A DNA stretch of 64,000 nucleotides from a bacterium (lineage in GTDB: Bacteria > DUMJ01): assembly GCA_049970495.1 (NCBI GenBank), contig JBMFMV010000001.1, positions 45,425 to 109,424 of the forward strand, written 5' to 3'. Shown in pieces: positions 59,503 through 64,000 of this stretch. The translations under genes and the position numbers were made by a program. Numbering within the stretch: the first letter of the stretch is position 1; each line of letters begins with the position of its first letter. The notes under the pieces are model-generated. The model had not been told where the DNA came from, searched no databases, and saw only the letters and a list, made by a program, of their open reading frames with translations.

Positions 59503-61452
59503 TTATTTTTTAAAGAACCAGTGCTCTGGATTTGTATGTCCGGGACAGTAATTTACGTTTTCATGGACAGTAACTTCAGGAACATTTCTTAGTTCATTCT
59601 TAACTATAACAAGTCTTGTGTTTGGAGCTACTACACCAATAGTCCATAAATTCTTAGAGTATATATCTAGAGCTCTTTTTACCAATAATATCCTTTCTTT
59701 CTCTCCAACCGCTAATATCGCCTGATCATACAATTTTAGTAACTGTTTTATATCTGAAGATGGCTCCTCTCCAGATTTTCCTCCGGATGAGTACCATATT
59801 CCATATAGAGGAGCCCAGTAACAGTAGTCAGATACAGGGAAGAACCAGACATTATCTATAAGAGGATAGTAGGCACCGGCTGCTGCATATAGACCAATCT
59901 GCTGTTCTCCTGCTCTTGCCCTCGTTACCCAAAGAGAGGTCTCTTGAACCTTAAGGTTGACCTTTAATCCTACATTCTTTAGATAACCCTTTATCATCTC
60001 TGCTATATCTGGTTCTGGACCTATACCAGGAAGAACCTCGATCAGTATCTCTAGTGTCTTACCATCGGGACCTATTCTATAGCCATCCTTATCTCTCTTA
60101 TTTAATCCTATTTGATCTAATAACTGCTCTGCTTTCTTAGGATTATAATCAGTATAAGATTTTTCAAACCTCTCCTCGTAGTATGGAGATCCCTTAAAGA
60201 CAGAAACCTGTCTTGGTGTAGCATTCCCTGAGTATATAAGCTGAGCAATTTCGTTACGGTTAATAGCAAGAGAAATAGCTCTCCTAAACTGAACATTTGT
60301 AAATAACTTTTTAAGTACGGGGTCCTTTACATTCTGATTGATAAATAGTGTTCCTACATTGGTAAGTGCTGGAATCCACTTTAAGACTCTATAACCACCC
60401 TTCTGCTGATTCTCCATTACGACTGTATAGTCAGATTCAAATGTGTCGTAGTATCCTATACTTGCTTCCCCACTTATATACTTCATTATCCTTACTTCTC
60501 TATTCTGCACAAGAGTCCAGACTATCTTATCAATATAGGGCAACTGATTACCAGCAGGGTCTATCTTCCAGTAGTAGGGATTTCTCTCTGCAGTAAATAC
60601 AGGATCGCTTAATGGAGTTAAAACCTTCCATGCAGTTACTACTGGTAGGTCCTTATTCTGCCACCTGGTTGCCTTTGCATTAAACAATTTATACCAAGCG
60701 TCAAAACCCTCTTCTTTTGCCTGTTTCATTATTTCATCCATAGAGGTATATTTCGGATGGAACTTTCTAAGGTAATGTTTAGGGGCATAGCAGTCTTGAC
60801 CACTCGCTATTCTCTGGAGTAAAAATGTATATGGAACTTCAAATACAAACCTTACCGTATACGTATCTACCTTTTCTACCTTACCAGGTTTTCCACCGGC
60901 AAGTAACCAAGACGGGAATACGGGGGTAAGGTCCTTGTTCAGGACTATATCCTCGTACCAGAACAATACATCGTCAGCAGTAAAGGGTTGTCCATCAGAC
61001 CACTTCATTCCTCTCCTAAGATAGAATGTTATTACCTTTCCACCATTACTTATCTTCCACCCTTTAGTCACATTAGGAATGACCTTATTTGTATCCAAAT
61101 TCCATCTAACAAGTGGCTCATATGTGATTCTTGTATACTGTGGCGACCTACCAAGATGTGGTCCTTCTAAAATTCCACCATACTGACCAATTTCTTCTAT
61201 AGGCTCTATCACTGCAGGTTCTTCTGGTAATCTCTTTTCTACTGGTGGAAGTTTACCCTGCTTTACCAGTTCTGCTAACTGAGGCGCCTCCCCAAATTTA
61301 CTTATCTTCTTGCCAGAGATCTTCTGATATTCAGCTATGGTAGCATACTGGCCTGGAGCAATCTTCTGCTGAGAAATAGAAATAGAAACCAAACTTAATA
61401 ACAATGAAATAGACACAAAAGCTACTACCAGACACTTTGAAAATCTACTCAA
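59503..61452 (-). CDS. Family-5 ABC substrate-binding protein (orphan; paralog of 56591-58570)
   Basis: Same motifs as the neighbouring binding protein; likely TTG start at 61452 after AGGAGG; signal peptide. Confidence 0.9.
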   Translation of the reverse strand: MSRFSKCLVVAFVSISLLLSLVSISISQQKIAPGQYATIAEYQKISGKKISKFGEAPQLAELVKQGKLPPVEKRLPEEPAVIEPIEEIGQYGGILEGPHLGRSPQYTRITYEPLVRWNLDTNKVIPNVTKGWKISNGGKVITFYLRRGMKWSDGQPFTADDVLFWYEDIVLNKDLTPVFPSWLLAGGKPGKVEKVDTYTVRFVFEVPYTFLLQRIASGQDCYAPKHYLRKFHPKYTSMDEIMKQAKEEGFDAWYKLFNAKATRWQNKDLPVVTAWKVLTPLSDPVFTAERNPYYWKIDPAGNQLPYIDKIVWTLVQNREVRIMKYISGEASIGYYDTFESDYTVVMENQQKGGYRVLKWIPALTNVGTLFINQNVKDPVLKKLFTNVQFRRAISLAINRNEIAQLIYSGNATPRQVSVFKGSPYYEERFEKSYTDYNPKKAEQLLDQIGLNKRDKDGYRIGPDGKTLEILIEVLPGIGPEPDIAEMIKGYLKNVGLKVNLKVQETSLWVTRARAGEQQIGLYAAAGAYYPLIDNVWFFPVSDYCYWAPLYGIWYSSGGKSGEEPSSDIKQLLKLYDQAILAVGEKERILLVKRALDIYSKNLWTIGVVAPNTRLVIVKNELRNVPEVTVHENVNYCPGHTNPEHWFFKK

Positions 61453-61550
61453 CTTTATCGACCTCCTTTTTATTAAATCATTTACAATTAAAATATTAAT
61501 ATTTGGAGAAATGAAAGTCAAGTTATGTAATATTATTTAATAATAATCTA

Positions 61551-64000
61551 TCACTCTAGCAATCTATTAAGGTTTTTAGGCTTTATAAAAGTTTCCTTTA
61601 TACTCTTTCCTGGCAAAGCCCTGTGCAGCCTTTGAATTATCTTGTTATAAAGTACTTGTAAATATTCAACATAAAGCTCCCCATTATCTTCTACTCTATC
61701 CATCTGTTCCTCTAATTCTCTTGTATAATCTTCGTTAACAAAGTCGTAAAATTTTTGGCTATCTTTTATAGTACTGTAAACCTTTATCCCCAGTGGAGTC
61801 GGAAGAAGATTACCATATCTTTCAATTATATAACCTCTTTCAAAAAGCTTCTGTACAGTTATAGCATAAGTAGAAGGTCTTCCTATCCCTTTATTCCTCA
61901 TCTCTTCTATCAAACTTGCATAGGTAAAGTAACTAACTACTGGCCTTTGTAGGATTTTCTTTCCAGTAACAACTAAAATCTTCTTATCCAAATCTAAAGG
62001 ACGGGTATGGATAGGGATAATAAGGTTAAATCCATCCTTTATAATGTCTGTTATAAATTCCTCTTCTCTTTCTTTTGACATCGCCTTAAATTTGATCCTT
62101 CTTTTTTCTACACTTACAGCTCGCATCTGAGAAGCGATAAAGTATTTAAAGATGAGATCATAAAGTCTTATATGATCTTTGGTTAACCTCTCTAAATTCA
62201 GAAAAGTCTCACTAAAAAGTTCCTCTGCATCTATAGCTCTAGTAGGTCTTATACACTCATGAGCTCCGCCAGCTTCGCTATAAGTTCTGATATAGACAAA
62301 CTCATCTCCAAAGTTTTCTTTTATGTAAGAAGTAGCCACATTAACGCCTACTTGAGAAACTCTTATACTATCTGTCCTATGATAAGTTATAAAGCCAGCT
62401 TCAAATAGGTCTTGCGCCAAATCCATAGTTTTCTGAGGAGAAAACCTCAAATTGATTGAAGCCTCCTTCAAAAGTGCTGGGGTATTAAGTGGTCTTACAG
62501 ATAAATCCTCCTGCCATCTGGAGATCTCTTCCAACTCTACCTCTTTCAGCCTAGAGTAAAATTCTTCTGCTTCTTTTTTATTTTGAAAATCAAAATCTAC
62601 CGATAATCCATCAATTTCTGCCCTTACTACATATAACTTTTTTCTTGCCTCTTTTGATCTTTCTACTATCCACTCTAAAACGGGAGTTTGCACTCTTCCA
62701 GCACTCAGATTGGACTTACCTAATCTTCTCTGAACATAAAGAGATACTTCAAAACCTATCCATCTGTCCGCTATCCTACGGAGAAGCTGAGCCTTCACAA
62801 GGTTCAGATTTATCTCTCTAGAATTTTTTAACGCTTCTAAAAAAGCCCTTTTTGTAACTTCATGAAACTCTGTCCTTTTTATATCTTTCTGGTAAGGTCT
62901 TAAGGCTAAATATATATCATAGGCTATCTTTTCACCTTCAGTATCTGGATCAGTAGCTATAAATACCTCATCGACCTCTAGACTTATTTCCCTTATAGCC
63001 CTCACGATATCCTCTCTAGAGGGATCAATTGTCTCAAACAGGGGGATAAATTTACTATTCTGAGGGATGACACCATAAATTCCCTCCTCCTTATTTAGGT
63101 CTACAAGGTGTCCTTTAGAAGCTACAATTGTAAGATATCGATCCTGGAGAGGTATTTCATATACATCTATTCCGCCAACCCTTCTTCTAGATGGCTTGCC
63201 AAAAAATTGAGAAATGGTACGCGCCTTATTAGGTGATTCTACAACTACTAAGTCAGTCTTTATTTTCTCCTTTAAATCAACATTACTCATCTGTCTTTTT
63301 CTATCTTCATCTATCTGATAAAGTATCTCCTCCAGATTGATTCCTTTTGCCTCTTTTAGTTCTATATCTTCTGAAGACCAGACAAGTCTTCTCTTTAGGG
63401 CACTAAGAGCCTTACGGTCATCTACAAGAATATAGCTTAATCCTTTTGTAAGCCTGCCCATATACAATCTAGACGTTCTTCCTGATGCTTGTATATAACC
63501 ACTTATATCTGGTATGATAGCTATAGGTTCAACCCCCTGTTCTCCCCTTCTTATCCTAATAGCTATCTCGTCTGAGTTTTCTATTAGAGATAAAATTTCG
63601 CTATTACTAAATAGAGATTCCGCTAAGTCTTTCATATTTAAAGCTTTTTGTCTAAGGTTTTCTGGTAATTCACTATAGGATGAAACTTTGAAATTGCGCA
63701 ACTTTGATAAATCCTGAGACAGCTCTCTTAGCATTATCTTATCTAGAAGGTTCCTCTTTATCAACCAAGGCAAAAGATTTCTAAATAGACTACAGAGAGC
63801 AGATGGGTTTTCTTTATATCTTAGGGTTATTTCAAATCTTGGTATTCCTATAAAGAGGGCGTAACGAACAACTTCAGGTAGATCTAGTCCTCTTGCTAAT
63901 GGGCTATTATAACTTGCTAGTCCTACAAGCACTTGTAATCTTTTATTCTTAAAACTCTCTATACTTTTGGCATTTACCAAATCAGCCCTTATACCTGAGT
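61551..64000 (-). CDS. rgy: Reverse gyrase, C-terminal part (truncated by window edge)
   Basis: Helicase-2 motifs RGLDLP and YIQASGRTSRL fused to topo IA motifs VVESPNKA, ATDPDTEGE, SAGRVQTP, ITYHRTDS, GAHECIRPT, GIGRPSTYA. Confidence 0.96.
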   Translation of the reverse strand, partial: SGIRADLVNAKSIESFKNKRLQVLVGLASYNSPLARGLDLPEVVRYALFIGIPRFEITLRYKENPSALCSLFRNLLPWLIKRNLLDKIMLRELSQDLSKLRNFKVSSYSELPENLRQKALNMKDLAESLFSNSEILSLIENSDEIAIRIRRGEQGVEPIAIIPDISGYIQASGRTSRLYMGRLTKGLSYILVDDRKALSALKRRLVWSSEDIELKEAKGINLEEILYQIDEDRKRQMSNVDLKEKIKTDLVVVESPNKARTISQFFGKPSRRRVGGIDVYEIPLQDRYLTIVASKGHLVDLNKEEGIYGVIPQNSKFIPLFETIDPSREDIVRAIREISLEVDEVFIATDPDTEGEKIAYDIYLALRPYQKDIKRTEFHEVTKRAFLEALKNSREINLNLVKAQLLRRIADRWIGFEVSLYVQRRLGKSNLSAGRVQTPVLEWIVERSKEARKKLYVVRAEIDGLSVDFDFQNKKEAEEFYSRLKEVELEEISRWQEDLSVRPLNTPALLKEASINLRFSPQKTMDLAQDLFEAGFITYHRTDSIRVSQVGVNVATSYIKENFGDEFVYIRTYSEAGGAHECIRPTRAIDAEELFSETFLNLERLTKDHIRLYDLIFKYFIASQMRAVSVEKRRIKFKAMSKEREEEFITDIIKDGFNLIIPIHTRPLDLDKKILVVTGKKILQRPVVSYFTYASLIEEMRNKGIGRPSTYAITVQKLFERGYIIERYGNLLPTPLGIKVYSTIKDSQKFYDFVNEDYTRELEEQMDRVEDNGELYVEYLQVLYNKIIQRLHRALPGKSIKETFIKPKNLNRLLE

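Noticed and set aside
1..64000. CRISPR arrays, rRNA/tRNA genes, prophage, defence or retroelement systems
   Set aside because: No repeat-spacer arrays, cloverleaf patterns, integrases, reverse transcriptases or defence domains were recognised. Intergenic gaps are short and largely explained by promoters and terminators.

Overview
This is an AT-rich chromosomal window from a bacterium that is very probably a thermophilic anaerobe. A reverse gyrase lies at the right edge, a rubredoxin is present, and the gene order is Terrabacteria-like; a Dictyoglomus-like lineage is a guess, not established. The left third is housekeeping: greA-lysS-radA-disA-ispD-ispF-gltX-cysS-rlmB and leuS-comEA-comEC-holA/rpsT. 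The rest is rich in carbohydrate uptake and catabolism: a phoA-pstS unit with a Pho-box-like repeat array, an Opp-type ABC importer, three Gfo/Idh/MocA oxidoreductase domains (one fused to ThuA), GH123-like and GH4 enzymes, a GntR-linked catabolic cluster for an unidentified sugar-acid-like substrate, and orphan family-5 binding proteins. It also carries a split MetRS, a PlsY-lipid kinase fusion coupled to a PAS-GGDEF-HD-GYP protein, an internally deleted IS1634-like element and several deletion scars. The most novel-looking signals are a recurring 5' leader motif (TGAGGTA-N7/8-GGGG...GGAGG) in front of three secreted-protein genes, the uncharacterised RraA/Ldh2/ADH/ALDH catabolic operon, and the PlsY-kinase/c-di-GMP pair. 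No rRNA, tRNA or CRISPR array was seen. All calls come from reading motifs by eye; no database searches were run.
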